Shown in pieces: positions 14,208 to 25,027 of a DNA stretch of 64,000 bases. This DNA comes from Amphiscolops sp. MND2022 (lineage: Eukaryota), in contig OZ076409.1 in the NCBI GenBank assembly GCA_964187785.1, positions 97,652,001 through 97,716,000 on the forward strand. Direction: 5' to 3'. Position 1 is the first letter of the stretch, and each line of letters begins with the position of its first letter. The notes below the pieces were generated by a model. It saw only the letters and a program-made list of their open reading frames with translations. It was not told the origin of the DNA and did no database searches. Made by a program: the position numbers and the translations under genes.

Positions 14208-15240
14208 TTAGTCGGCGCCTTTTCTCTTAAGGAAAAAAGCCCGACTATTACAGTGAGCAGTTTTTAGTCGGCGCCTTTTCCCTTAAGGAAAAAAGCCCGA
14301 CTATTACAGTGGGTAGTTTTTTTCTTTTTCAGCTAAACAATCTCACTCTGAATGGTCCACTTTTTTTACAATTTTCGTGATCCACTAACTGCCACACTTA
14401 TAACTTCTACTGGCACTTAGCATAGAGGTTAATTAGGATAATTTTTGATGTCTGCCAAGCAGAAGGACGTTGGTTCGAGTCCCACCCATGACCAAAAAAT
14501 TTTTTGAGCAGGTTTGTTTCGGCTTGGTGAGACTTTTTTCGCAAATTTTTTAAATGTCTCCAAAGGGTCCCCTCTTCATTTTTTTCCTAATTTGCAAAAG
14601 AATGGATGTTCAAAAACTCCCAAAAGCCCCCTTTTACATTTTTCGGCACTATGGAACTTACCGGAGACCAAAAAAAATCGAAAAAAAGCTTCGAAAAAAA
14701 ATTTGATTTTTTTTCCAATTTTTACTCATGCGGGTACTGTAGAAGAGAATACTTGACACATTGAAGTCCTTTTGCTATTTTTGGGCCTTAGATATGGCGC
14801 CAACTTGGGCCGTTCCCGGTTTGTTTTTTTTTCAGCTGACAATCTCACTCTGAGTGGTCCACTTTTATTACAATTCTTACAATTTTACATTTTCTTATAA
14901 TTCCTACTTAGCTTACGAAGTAGTTTTTTCACATCATCTAAGAAACTCAACGGGGCCAAAGGGTCCCCTTTCAGTTTTTTCGGCTCTGTGAAACTTTTTT
15001 CTCGAAAAAATTTTTTACCGAAGGGTCCCCCTTTAATTTTTTGATATTTTGCGACAGAATGGATGTTGAAAAATCCCAAAGGTCCCCCCCCCTCAATTTG
15101 TTCGGCATTGTGAGACTTTTTTTCAAATTTGTTTTTTCATTAAAGGGTCCCCAATTCACCAATACTTTGACATTTTAAAGTCTTTTTGCTATCTTTGAGC
15201 CTTAGATATGGCGCCGACTTGGGACGTTCCCGTCTTGTTT
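14208..15240 (+). repeat. Dispersed non-autonomous repeat family, adjacent/nested copies (possibly Helitron/Helentron-like)
   Basis: Hairpin TAGTCGGCGC...GCCCGACTA (twice), internal AAGGGTCCCC subrepeats, and shared end CCTTAGATATGGCGCC(G/A)ACTTGGGnCGTTCCCGnyTTGTT at ~14787-14825 and ~15200-15240. Confidence 0.7.
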
Positions 15241-17073
15241 ATTATTTCTGCGACAGCAGGAATATATTTGAAATCTCAAGATTTCAATGTTTCAGTTAAA
15301 TGTTTGTCGTGATACGGAAAATTCGGATACTTTGTTCGGCAGTTAGTATAAGCTTGATATTTAAAGTTCTCAAGCTGCCGACAACAATTCCTTTCTCGTG
15401 CGATGGAACGAGCGATTGGTAATTACGCTTTCGTACGCCGAATTCATTGAGATGAAGCGAACGGGTGTTAATTATTCGTTCGCCGAGAGCTTCGCCTGCA
15501 TTCAAATTCGTCTACGCTTAGCAGTTATATTTTCTTCAGTCCGAGAAGAATTAAAGGCGGTGTAATGTGGTAGTGATTAATTGTGGGCTATATAAATGAT
15601 TAAGATATGCTTCAATGATTGAAGATGAAAGCCTAAAAGCAAAAATAATACTGTGCCCCTCTGGGGCCTATTTTCTAGAACTGTGAATGACTGGACCATG
15701 ACTGGCGAGGACATGAGAATTGTCGAAAACTGGAAATACGCTTAGCAGTTTTTGGAAACAGAGTTTTTTGTTATAGATAGAGTTTTTCTCAAAATTTATA
15801 GAGCTTTTCGTATAGCAATTTCAAACTCAAAAAAGACAAAATTGACTTCAGTGGAAATTTCCACAGGGGTCGATTTTGCTTTCTCTGAGGGGATATTAAA
15901 AGCTGAAATGAAGTAGAATTTCCCTTAGGAAAACTCAAGCAAATTGTACTTCATTTCCGCTTTTTCCATTGGACGAAACTTACCCTAACTTGAAGAGATG
16001 CAGTGGCACTGCGATTTTTTCCGTATTTTTAAATCGACGAGTACCGAGTTCACTGCAGATTTTCCACGAGCTCCGAGCATGAACCACGAATAATTTTCAG
16101 TCGATCGAACCGACTTCTGTTTGTAATAACCATTGTGTGAGTGCCTTGTTACACCTGATGTTGTGCAAGCTAATTAATTGTGATAATTAGAATAAAAAAT
16201 AGCTAAATTAATTCAGTTCAATATTCAAAAATCGCCAATTTGAAAGTTTTTCATCTTCTCCGGTTTATTCTGGAGATTTCCTGGCAACTACCGGTGACGA
16301 ATTTAAACTGAAAAGATTATTTAACCTGTTGCGGTACTGGTGAGCATGCTTGAAATTCGGAAGTCAAGCCTTGTATGATTCCTCAATGACCCCTAGTTCG
16401 AAATCTCGGACCATGTTTCTCAACAACAACCCCCCCCCCCTCAGGTACACCTTGTTTCGAAACCGCTCCCCCCCCATGCCAACACGAAAGAACATTTTCT
16501 TCTTGAGGAAAAACATTTCACTAACAAGAGAATATTCAATGAATGTAAATACTTCGAGGATTATATCTACAGCTGTTTCGACACTTCCAGAAAAGAAATG
16601 ACCCTAGTTTTTGGATATTTTCACCCCTGGAACAAGTTAAAAGCGTATATGAAAGCGCCTATTTCAACGCAAATTTTCTCCGCCATAAATGTTAATGAGC
16701 AACTTTTAACTGACAGTCAATGTAATGGATAGGATTATGTCGACATCAATTATTTTATTGGACCAAAATTTCAACGCAAACGATGTCGACATAATGGTAT
16801 TTGAACCTTGTTTCTCATTTCCCCGAAAATAAGATCGATTTTTCAATAGTCCCATGGTGTCTTCATGCATCAAAAATAAGACATTTTAAAAATCGAATCA
16901 GCCCAAAATTTTCACTGAAACAATGAGAAATTCAGAAAGTTGATCAAACTCGATAAAAATGATCGAAATTTTTCTGGCTCGGAAAACCGTTTCTTAGTAG
17001 AAGGCGTCAAAGTTGAGACCAAGACGTGAATGAACCAAATCCAAGTCCTGTTTTTCTTTTTTGTATAGCATTA

Positions 17074-19015
17074 TGTGAAGTGCTTGCTCGTTAATTGACG
17101 GTGCTTGTTAAGTTGGTAGGAAAATTGATGAATCTATATCTTTCTTCTAATTAGCGAAAGCTTCTCTAAGAATATTCAAAATTAGTGATTTTTCTTCCTT
17201 CAGTTTTCTCTTTGAATTTCGGTAGTTATAAGCCTCAATTATTGTCTAATTTGTGAACTCTTAGTTCACTTCCCTTCTATTTTCTTGACTGAAAAATGAA
17301 ATTATGCTCCTACTTAAAATTTTCGTTATAATGCCTTCCAGCACTTACACAAAAGAAATATCAGGTTGGAGTTCGTACGGAAGGACTTTACGTTTGCGAC
17401 CCGGGAAAAAAGAGTGTTTGGGTTCTGAAATAGTTGAATTGAACCGTTCTCTCTTTATACTAAAATTGTAATAGATATCAGTTATACAAAAGCAAAACAA
17501 ACAAATTAGGCTAAATAGACAAAATACAACTAAATCTGGTTTGATATCAATCTTTAAATAATATAAGTTAGGCTACTAGGAAAGGATATTAAGTTAAGTT
17601 ATTTGAGAAAGCAGTAAGATTTTTATTGTTTTATTGTATTTCATCAAGTCAGAGGTTAGGCCTCTTTTCTAAGGTGCAGCTAATAGCTTGCACGGCGTTT
17701 ATAGTCCACCGATTGTCACGGACTGGGAAAGACAGCGAAATTGCTACTCTTTGGTTTTTGAACAACGCTTCGTCGTACTACTTTTATAGAGCGCGATACA
17801 GCTACTCTTTGTCTCAGATTGAGAACGGTCCGACTTGAAGAGTCAGACAATAGCTAAGTTATTTAAGTCTCTTATAACCCAGCTTAGGCTGTGGTTCTTA
17901 GTTTAGAGTCAGTGAATATCACCAGACTTTGGTTTAGAGTCCACTATAAAGCAGGGACTATTCAATCTTTGTTGAACAAAGACGGTATAATAGCTTCTGT
18001 TTGAAGTCAAAAGTCAACTAAAACTCCAACGTAAGAGAATGATTGCTCTATCTTAAGAGCAGGCTTGAAAATGTTTTGGCTCGAAAATAGTATTGAAAAT
18101 TGTCAAAGACAAAATTGCTTCAGCTAGGAAGCAGGCTTGACAAAAAGTATAAGTTAGAATTGCTTCACCTGAAGCAGCGTTGAGAATTGTCAAAGATAGA
18201 ATTTGCTTCAGCTAGGGAGCAGGCTTGACAAAAAATATACGTTAGAATTGCTTTACTTGAAGCAGCGTTGAGAATTGTCAAAGATAGAATTTGCTTCAGC
18301 TAGGAAGCAGGCTTGACAAAAAATATAAGTTAGAATTGCTTTACTTGAAGCAGCGTTGAGAATTGTCAAAGATAGAATTGAGCCAAGACTTGTAAAATTT
18401 TAAGTTTTGCTAATTTAAGTTTAAGTTAAGAAAAAGACTTAGAAAAAAAATGAAAGTGAAAGTGAAAGCTCCGAAAAGAAAATTGAAAAAGATTTTAACT
18501 AACAATTACTGCGCCGCGCTGATGATGGGAGTTGAACTCGTGCAAAGAGATTGAGAAGTTAGAGTGGTCGGGTTTGTCGATTTAGTATTATTCCAAAAGA
18601 AGAGCTCTGAGAGTTGAAAATTCGCTCTGCTTTTATACTAAATTTGACCGCTTCGTCCGCCAATAAAATCGAATCACTATCGTGACTGGCTGACGAGCAT
18701 GACGTCATATGACGTCAAGTCAAATGACTATACAAACGAAAGCGTTTTGTATGTGTTATTCGCAGGCGTAGCGTACACGACAAAATGATGTCATTTGACG
18801 TCATGACCAAATAAGGAATGTATGCAGCGTCGCTGAACAAGGGAGTGAACACGTTCGAGCGTGTTCAAAATTCAGAGCTAAGCGAGAAAATAATAAAGAT
18901 AAAACTGCACAAGTTACAAAAGACACAATTATATATTACAAGTTTTGGGTTTATTTCTTTTTGAGTTTTCACGGTAAGTTTCTTTCTTTTTATTTGCCAT
19001 CAGTCGCACACGACA
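17074..19015 (-). repeat. 3' LTR of the giant element
   Basis: Direct repeat of 34132-36073. Two minus-strand AATAAA at ~17622-17634 are candidate poly(A) signals. Confidence 0.97.
18097..18380. repeat. ~88-bp tandem repeat (3+ copies) inside the LTR (also ~35155-35438)
   Basis: AATTGTCAAAGA recurs about every 88 bp; each unit has two TGCTT...AAGCA inverted repeats. Confidence 0.9.
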
Positions 19016-19076
19016 TCTCACCCGGGTTTCAAGATTGAAGAAAATGTAACGGGGGTACACAGGTTGTTGTTGTTGT

Positions 19077-20069
19077 TCATTTTGATTCTTCCAGATTGAC
19101 TTCGATGAACATCGTGTCATTCAGAATGAACGGGGAGCTGCTTTTGAAGAGTTGGTTGTGTGGGATCAGGAAGGGGAAGCATATGCTCGGATTCCCATAG
19201 CTTGTACAAGGTCGTATAAAACAGGCTGAATTTTGGTTGTCTTTTGGGTCTACTATTTTTGTCCAGGTATTATTAGGCTCACTCAAATTGATTACATTAA
19301 TTCGGAAGATTAATCTGAAAGGCCAAGAGAGAATTGGGTCGAACTCACCAGAAAGGATGTTGATTACTAGTGAAGCACTCTCTCCCGTAGCAGGGGAGCA
19401 TCCATAAGGATAAAGTTTCATATCGAAACGGTACCCGTGAGTTGAAGTGTAGAACGGGGGACTGTGAAAATTACAAGGTATTTTGGGGTGAGGGTCGATA
19501 CCTTTTTGCCTTTCTAATTCAGCGGTCTTTGCGTTATCAAACATAAGGCTGAAAGAGCTAATTCTCCAGATTAGCTTTTTATCTCTTCCGCAATCAATGC
19601 TGTGAATACGATCATAAAGATCCATTGTTAGTCTTTTAAGGGGTTTCAATTCAGCGAGTTGTTTTTGAGTATCTGTTGACTCGGGTTCAGTTGAAGGAGG
19701 GGTAAGGAGAGGAGTATTTATAGGTTGTTCTACTGATTGTGTTGTAGTTAACTTCTCATGAATGATAGTCTGAAGGGTTTGAATATTAATTTGGAGTTGC
19801 TGAATACTTCTATCTTGTTGTCTTCGTAGATTCCTCTCATGTTCCAGTTGTTCGAAAAGGTTTGCAACTTGTAATTGTGTTGCATGCAGGTATTGTGCGT
19901 TTTTGAGGTTGCTAATTGGGAACTTGCTAATGAGCATCTTCATCTGGGTGAGGTCGTCGTTGGTGCATGTAGGTTGGCTGAGATTTGCTATTTGGTTTTG
20001 TAATGTTGTAATTTCATTTTCCATAGCAGCTAATCTAAGATTGAATTCCTGTATTAATTGTTTTTTCAT
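19077..20069 (-). CDS. TRAF-like protein: coiled coil plus MATH/TRAF-C domain, no RING or zinc fingers (330 aa)
   Basis: TRAF-C motifs LIWRISSF, FHSPPFYTSTHGYRFDMKLYPYG, SGEFDPILSWPF, CFIRP, FILNDTMFIEV; heptad-rich N-terminal half. Confidence 0.92.
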   Translation of the reverse strand: MKKQLIQEFNLRLAAMENEITTLQNQIANLSQPTCTNDDLTQMKMLISKFPISNLKNAQYLHATQLQVANLFEQLEHERNLRRQQDRSIQQLQINIQTLQTIIHEKLTTTQSVEQPINTPLLTPPSTEPESTDTQKQLAELKPLKRLTMDLYDRIHSIDCGRDKKLIWRISSFSLMFDNAKTAELERQKGIDPHPKIPCNFHSPPFYTSTHGYRFDMKLYPYGCSPATGESASLVINILSGEFDPILSWPFRLIFRINVINLSEPNNTWTKIVDPKDNQNSACFIRPCTSYGNPSICFPFLIPHNQLFKSSSPFILNDTMFIEVNLEESK

Positions 20070-20076
20070 TTTGTTT

Positions 20077-20538
20077 TCAAATGAAAGCAGAGATAGCCCG
20101 AAGGGGTACTGATAGTCTCTGGTTCTTCAGGACGGTGTTTTCAATAGTAAATTCTTGTCTTCTTGAATCCCAGAAAATAATTTTCCACTGATTGACGTCT
20201 TCTCTAAGTGTGTAGTTAAGGTTGTAATGAAATCTGGGGTTTCTCGTTTTTGAATATTTTTGAGCTGCTTCTTCACTTTTCTTCTGTTTTTCAAGTGCTT
20301 GTCTCAACGAATATTGAGATTTCTTCTTTTTGATACTACCGTTGAAGATAAAAGTATTAGGGCGATTTGGAGGAGTAATAGTACCTTCTAAGAGAGTTTG
20401 ATTAAGTGGTTGTTGAGGGATAGGAGATTCAGCTGAGGTGATATCAAACATAGGAAAATCAAGTATGTCCTTTTCTGTTAGAGTTTCTTTTGAGAGAAGA
20501 AGTTCCAGATCTGATGAAAGAGAAGTGTGGTCGGTCAT
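20077..20538 (-). CDS. Orphan accessory ORF (153 aa) with basic KKKK patch
   Basis: ATG-started ORF packed between env (25-nt gap) and TRAF ORF (7-nt gap); candidate splice acceptor CTCTATTTTAG just upstream. No family recognised. Confidence 0.7.
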   Translation of the reverse strand: MTDHTSLSSDLELLLSKETLTEKDILDFPMFDITSAESPIPQQPLNQTLLEGTITPPNRPNTFIFNGSIKKKKSQYSLRQALEKQKKSEEAAQKYSKTRNPRFHYNLNYTLREDVNQWKIIFWDSRRQEFTIENTVLKNQRLSVPLRAISAFI

Positions 20539-20563
20539 TCTTTGCTAAAATAGAGTTCAAAGA

Positions 20564-22699
20564 TTAAATAGGAGATATTGTATCTAAGCGATTAGTAGGT
20601 GGTAGACGGTTTATGACAGGATAGATGTGTTCGGAGGCATCTTGATTGTCAGTGCTGAATGTCGTCATTGGAATATCTTTTGTAGTAGGGTTGAACATCG
20701 AATGAAAGATGGAAACCATAAATAGATTGTAGGTTGCAGAGAGTAGGATTTTACCAAATCCGATAGATGCTCCAGTAAGTCGGTGTATCTCGAATGCTCT
20801 GACGATAGTTACAGTTACATCAATAATTAGTTTTATAAAAAGAAAAACTGCAAACCAAATACCACATTTTTCTAGCCAATATCCAATTGTGCCAAAAGTT
20901 TGTCTAAATTTGCTTTCAAAGTATCCAAGGGATATCATGTTATCAACAAAGAAATCCATCTTGGGTGCGTAGTATGTGTATCCTTCAGGTCCTTTCTTTG
21001 ATTGTGAAGGAACAATGAGCTTTCGTGTGAACTTTTGTAAAGCATTTTTTGATGCAGAACTCATGAGGATATTGTCCCAGAATTCAGTTAGCTGGCCTTT
21101 CGTATACATTCCAGCGTTGATTGATTGAGGAAACTGATCCCTTGTGAACGGTGCTACATCTTTTGGCGAGAAGATAGCAGGTCTATCTCTATGTGTGATT
21201 TGCGGCGTTAGTGAGAACCAAGAGTTCTTATCGTCCATGTCCATTTGAAAAAGGTTCTTTATGTGGTCCGAACAGTTCTGAGGCATCGCATCAGGTAAAG
21301 TTTGCCTCGTGATGGGATCTACAAATTTGATTTGTCCTTTGTAAAATATGGGTATCTTATCGTAGCACTCGTTCATCGTGTGAAGAGGTGATCTGACTAG
21401 AGGACAAGAATAAAGCCATGCAAGGCTTCCATCAGTTTCTAAGAACATTGATCTGTTTCCAGTCAACATATATCCAGCTAGTCTTGAGTTCTCAAGTGAA
21501 AGCATCAGAATAGTGAGTATGTGCGATCGTTCTTGTTCACACTGATTTTTCAAAAGATGAAGTTCTGAGGCTTTGAGTGCTCTGGAGCTCTCAAAGAAAA
21601 GATAGTCCAGTTTAGTTCCTTGTTGTAATTCGTAGTCCATATTCAACCATGTTCCATAATATGGGTCTGAATGGTAGTTACTAGCAACCCAGAGTTTACT
21701 ATGGCCTGGGTCATCTCTTTCTTGATCATTAGGGGAATAGCGCATCATGTGAACTCTGTCCTCTTGTTGGATCATATTTCGTCCAGTTTTCATGTCAAAT
21801 CCACCATAAAGGATAGCAACAAACAAAGATTCATAGGTTGTAGGATATACATCTGATGGTTTATTACAAAGTTTTTGTGGTCTGTTTTTGACTTCAAAGA
21901 GATATTTGTTTTCTGAATCGTTCTTGCTAACAATATAATACTGGTCGTCATTTTTGATCATGTTTACGTACTCTTCTTTCAGTACGGTGAGAATACAGTT
22001 GTCTGGATTATCCCATATATAAGCATATGGGTCGAGTGATGTGCTATCACATCCGAGTTCATCTAGTTTGCAGGGTAGAGGTTGTCCATTTCTGTTCATT
22101 ATAGTTCCGTCTCTGAGTTTGACGTTCAGAGTAATATCTTGGATGTGAGTCTCGAAGGTATCCTTTTCAATCCATTCAAAACCATCACATTCATTTTTGA
22201 ATGTGTCGTCTGCATCGCCATTCCATCTAAGATGTTGTTCAATTACTCCTTTTTTCATTGTAATCTGATGATTTAGTAGAGTTATTGGTGATCCTTCAGC
22301 TGCGAGTCTGCATTGTGCAGGCGATAAATCGAGATATGAGGTAATAGTCTTTTGTTTGATATCGATGCTGGAGTGGTCGTGCATACCACAGTAGAATCTG
22401 TTCCTTTGATGTTTGACACTGCATATTGTAGCGTTGATCTCTGTTCGAAAATGTTTTGTGTACATCTTGACTTTGGCATGGCTCATGTCTATGTTCTCAG
22501 GAGCCACGTTACAAGGTTTGACTTGGTTGAGAGAGTAGAGATTGTTTTCTGACATTTCACTGCAATCGTAATGTGAGACTGTGACTGTAGGTGCGATATC
22601 ATCCAGTATGGGCTGCTTCTTGTCGGCGTAGATAAGATTTATTGAAAGTATCAAAATGAAAATAACAAAATATTTACAGTATATCTTTTCACTATCCAT
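20564..22699 (-). CDS. env: Envelope glycoprotein, chuvirus (Jingchuvirales) G-like; first ATG at 22699 (711 aa)
   Basis: Signal peptide (YFVIFILILSINLIYA), Cys-rich ectodomain with HYDC, FYCGMHDH and CYDKIPIFY...FVDPITR motifs, C-terminal hydrophobic segment (CGIWFAVFLFIKLIIDVTVTIV). Family recalled from motifs, not searched. Confidence 0.85.
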   Translation of the reverse strand: MDSEKIYCKYFVIFILILSINLIYADKKQPILDDIAPTVTVSHYDCSEMSENNLYSLNQVKPCNVAPENIDMSHAKVKMYTKHFRTEINATICSVKHQRNRFYCGMHDHSSIDIKQKTITSYLDLSPAQCRLAAEGSPITLLNHQITMKKGVIEQHLRWNGDADDTFKNECDGFEWIEKDTFETHIQDITLNVKLRDGTIMNRNGQPLPCKLDELGCDSTSLDPYAYIWDNPDNCILTVLKEEYVNMIKNDDQYYIVSKNDSENKYLFEVKNRPQKLCNKPSDVYPTTYESLFVAILYGGFDMKTGRNMIQQEDRVHMMRYSPNDQERDDPGHSKLWVASNYHSDPYYGTWLNMDYELQQGTKLDYLFFESSRALKASELHLLKNQCEQERSHILTILMLSLENSRLAGYMLTGNRSMFLETDGSLAWLYSCPLVRSPLHTMNECYDKIPIFYKGQIKFVDPITRQTLPDAMPQNCSDHIKNLFQMDMDDKNSWFSLTPQITHRDRPAIFSPKDVAPFTRDQFPQSINAGMYTKGQLTEFWDNILMSSASKNALQKFTRKLIVPSQSKKGPEGYTYYAPKMDFFVDNMISLGYFESKFRQTFGTIGYWLEKCGIWFAVFLFIKLIIDVTVTIVRAFEIHRLTGASIGFGKILLSATYNLFMVSIFHSMFNPTTKDIPMTTFSTDNQDASEHIYPVINRLPPTNRLDTISPI

Positions 22700-22982
22700 T
22701 ATCAACTAATGAAAACGGTACTCCGAAAATACTATAAAATGTTTAGAAATAGAAAGGTAGACTTGCTAACCTTGAGATGAAGAGAGTGTTTTGCTTTCGA
22801 TGAAGCAATGAGAAGAGCAGCTTTGCTTTCAATAGAGCAGCGAGAGATCTGTAGCGCTTGGCAATACAGATGATTTGTTCAATTTGAACTGAAAAGAGAG
22901 CAAGAATGAATTCTGCTAAAATTTGACAATTTAGTCAAGAGTAAGTGGATGATAGTCCTTTTCGTGAAAGGCTCTTGTGAAT

Positions 22983-23703
22983 ACACGTCTAAATACCGTG
23001 TCTTCCCGCTTAAGAAAAGTGTTCTGTTAAAAACAGACAGAAACGAATAGTAGCGAGGAGTTATTTATAGACGGCAGAGTTTGACACTTAGGTCTTTACC
23101 GTCTCTTCTTGCAAGGTAATGTAGCACACGTCTAAAAACCGTGTCTTCCTGCTTAAAGAAAAAGGATCTCTTTGAGACCAAGAAGAAAAGAAAATAGGAG
23201 CAGCGAGTTATTTATAGACGGCAGAGATTGATACTAGGATCGTTACCGTCTCTTCTTGCCTGAGAAAAAGAGAGTTAAAAAAGATTAAGAAGAGGCAAGG
23301 CTACACGTCCAAAACCCGTGTCTTCCTACCAAAGAAAAAGTGATCTAAGTGGCCAGTTTAGATCAATGAAAAGAAAAAGGGTAGGGAGTTATTTATACAC
23401 GGCAGAGTTTGATGCGAACCGTCGTTCGATCGTTACCGTGTCTTTGTCAAGCGTTGTGACAAAAATTGTAATATACGTCTATACACCGTATCTTCGTTGA
23501 GCTATGCAACGGAGTTATTTATACACGGCAGAGATTGATACTGAGATCGTTACCGTGTCTTCTTGCAAGGATAAAATTGAATACGCACGTCCAAAACCCG
23601 TGCCTTCCTGCTAGAGAAAAGTGATCTACTTTAGATCGATGAAAAATGAGAGCAGGGAGTTATTTATACACGGCAGAGTTTGATACTGAGATCGTTACCG
23701 TGT
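22983..23703. ncRNA. Array of five conserved multi-hairpin motifs (putative structured RNA, unknown family)
   Basis: Units start at ~22983, 23126, 23303, 23473, 23585. Invariant GAGTTATTTATA(C/G)ACGGCAGAG core; stems show compensatory changes between copies. Confidence 0.6.
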
Positions 23704-23791
23704 CTTGCACCTAAAAAGAAGAAGTTGAAAAAAGTTTAATTAAACACAGTACACAGTAATAAAAAGAAATAATAAAAGGCAGGAAACAGAT

Positions 23792-24190
23792 TTATTTTTG
23801 CAAGCTGAGGATTTCTTTTATTTTTGCAATGTAGAATTCTTCAAAGGAACCAAGTCCCGTTTCCATAAAAGAAGACAATTCTTCTAGGAGTGGTAGATCA
23901 AAGGGTTGTATATTCGTCTCAGGGCTATCGATGTAGACTGATAAGGCGATGGCTAATTCAGCAAAGAATTTTGTTTTCTCTTCTACTCTTACGAAGACTT
24001 TGGTTTTGGGCTTTAATACTGTATAGCCTCTAGCTGTAAGCCAAAATTGGTATCGGTATGACCACTGCAGTTCCTTCACAATTAATAGTTCAGGGCTTTT
24101 GATGGGGTCGACTAAATTATAGATTGATACTGGAAGTTTTAGTTTAACTGTCTCAATTGCGTCTTCTTCCCAGAGATTGTGGATGAACAT
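23792..24190 (-). CDS. Accessory ORF (132 aa), divergent paralogue of the two 106-aa ORFs
   Basis: Shares pattern IE.V...P..I...E...I..L.WS...Y...PE..I..F.L..L.EL with 24335-24655 and 24694-25014. Confidence 0.75.
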   Translation of the reverse strand: MFIHNLWEEDAIETVKLKLPVSIYNLVDPIKSPELLIVKELQWSYRYQFWLTARGYTVLKPKTKVFVRVEEKTKFFAELAIALSVYIDSPETNIQPFDLPLLEELSSFMETGLGSFEEFYIAKIKEILSLQK

Positions 24191-24198
24191 TTGTTGTT

Positions 24199-24321
24199 CT
24201 ATTGTCGTTTTCGGGTTAAGTTCTGAGGGGGTTGATTTCTAGGTACCTGAGGGTGTATTTGTGGGAGGATGTTTCTGATCCAGATTTGTCTAATGATTTC
24301 CTCGCGTAAGCTGAAACTCAT
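24199..24321 (-). CDS. Micro-ORF (40 aa) MSFSLREEIIRQIWIRNILPQIHPQVPRNQPPQNLTRKRQ
   Basis: Hand-translated; fills the gap between neighbouring ORFs (13-nt and 8-nt spacers). Confidence 0.45.
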   Translation of the reverse strand: MSFSLREEIIRQIWIRNILPQIHPQVPRNQPPQNLTRKRQ

Positions 24322-24334
24322 TCAAAAATTTCTT

Positions 24335-24655
24335 TTATGCTGCTGTAGTATCGGCTAACTCTCCAAGGATGTGGAGTTGAAATTGGGTGATGTGTGATTC
24401 AGGTTCTTCAGCGTAATTATCCAAAGCCTCAGATAGTTGTTCTCGGAGGAATCTATTGTTAGCAATTTCTAAGGTGGAGACTTTGCTTTTGTTTTCTACA
24501 GGGTGTATTGTTATCAGAATGAAACTGGGTTTGATAAAGGACCACTTGAGTTTGATGATATTGAAGTTTTCAGTGATGCCTGAAGGAGTAGTTATTTTAA
24601 ACGGACAGTTGAAATTGATTTCTTCAATACATTCGTTATTAAGGTGAAAGTTCAT
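24335..24655 (-). CDS. Accessory ORF (106 aa), paralogue A
   Basis: Ungapped alignment with 24694-25014, about 55/106 identical residues by hand count. Confidence 0.85.
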   Translation of the reverse strand: MNFHLNNECIEEINFNCPFKITTPSGITENFNIIKLKWSFIKPSFILITIHPVENKSKVSTLEIANNRFLREQLSEALDNYAEEPESHITQFQLHILGELADTTAA

Positions 24656-24693
24656 ATCCAGTTGTTTTTGTCGTCAGTGTTTTCTGAATGCAT

Positions 24694-25014
24694 CTATGGG
24701 TTTATTATATCAGTTAATTCTCCAAGAGCGTGAAGTTGATACTGTTCAACGTGTTGTTCTGGGTTCCGGAGATATTCGTCTATTGCTTTACCAAGTTGGG
24801 CTTCAAGAAAACTATTTTCTGCGACTTCAAAGGTAGTTACTTTGTTTTTGTTGCTAGTGGGGTGTAGTGTCACGGAGATGAAACAAGGTGATATTTGTGA
24901 CCACCTAAGTTTGGTAATTATAAAGTTTTCGGAGTTGCCTGGAGGGGTTGTTATCTTCCAAGGGCAGTTGAATTCTACTTCATCAATTTCGCCTTCATCA
25001 AAAATTATGTCCAT
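24694..25014 (-). CDS. Accessory ORF (106 aa), paralogue B
   Basis: Shared blocks FNCP.KITTP.G..ENF, KL.WS and QLH.LGEL with paralogue A. Confidence 0.85.
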   Translation of the reverse strand: MDIIFDEGEIDEVEFNCPWKITTPPGNSENFIITKLRWSQISPCFISVTLHPTSNKNKVTTFEVAENSFLEAQLGKAIDEYLRNPEQHVEQYQLHALGELTDIINP

Positions 25015-25027
25015 TTAAATACTATTG

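Noticed and set aside
14415..14495. tRNA gene (B-box GGTTCGAGTCC)
   Set aside because: No convincing cloverleaf; more likely a tRNA-derived repeat remnant.
22983..23703. Assignment to a known ribozyme class
   Set aside because: No CUGANGA/GAAA hammerhead core, HDV pseudoknot or twister/pistol consensus seen on either strand; resemblance to hairpin ribozyme loop B is superficial.
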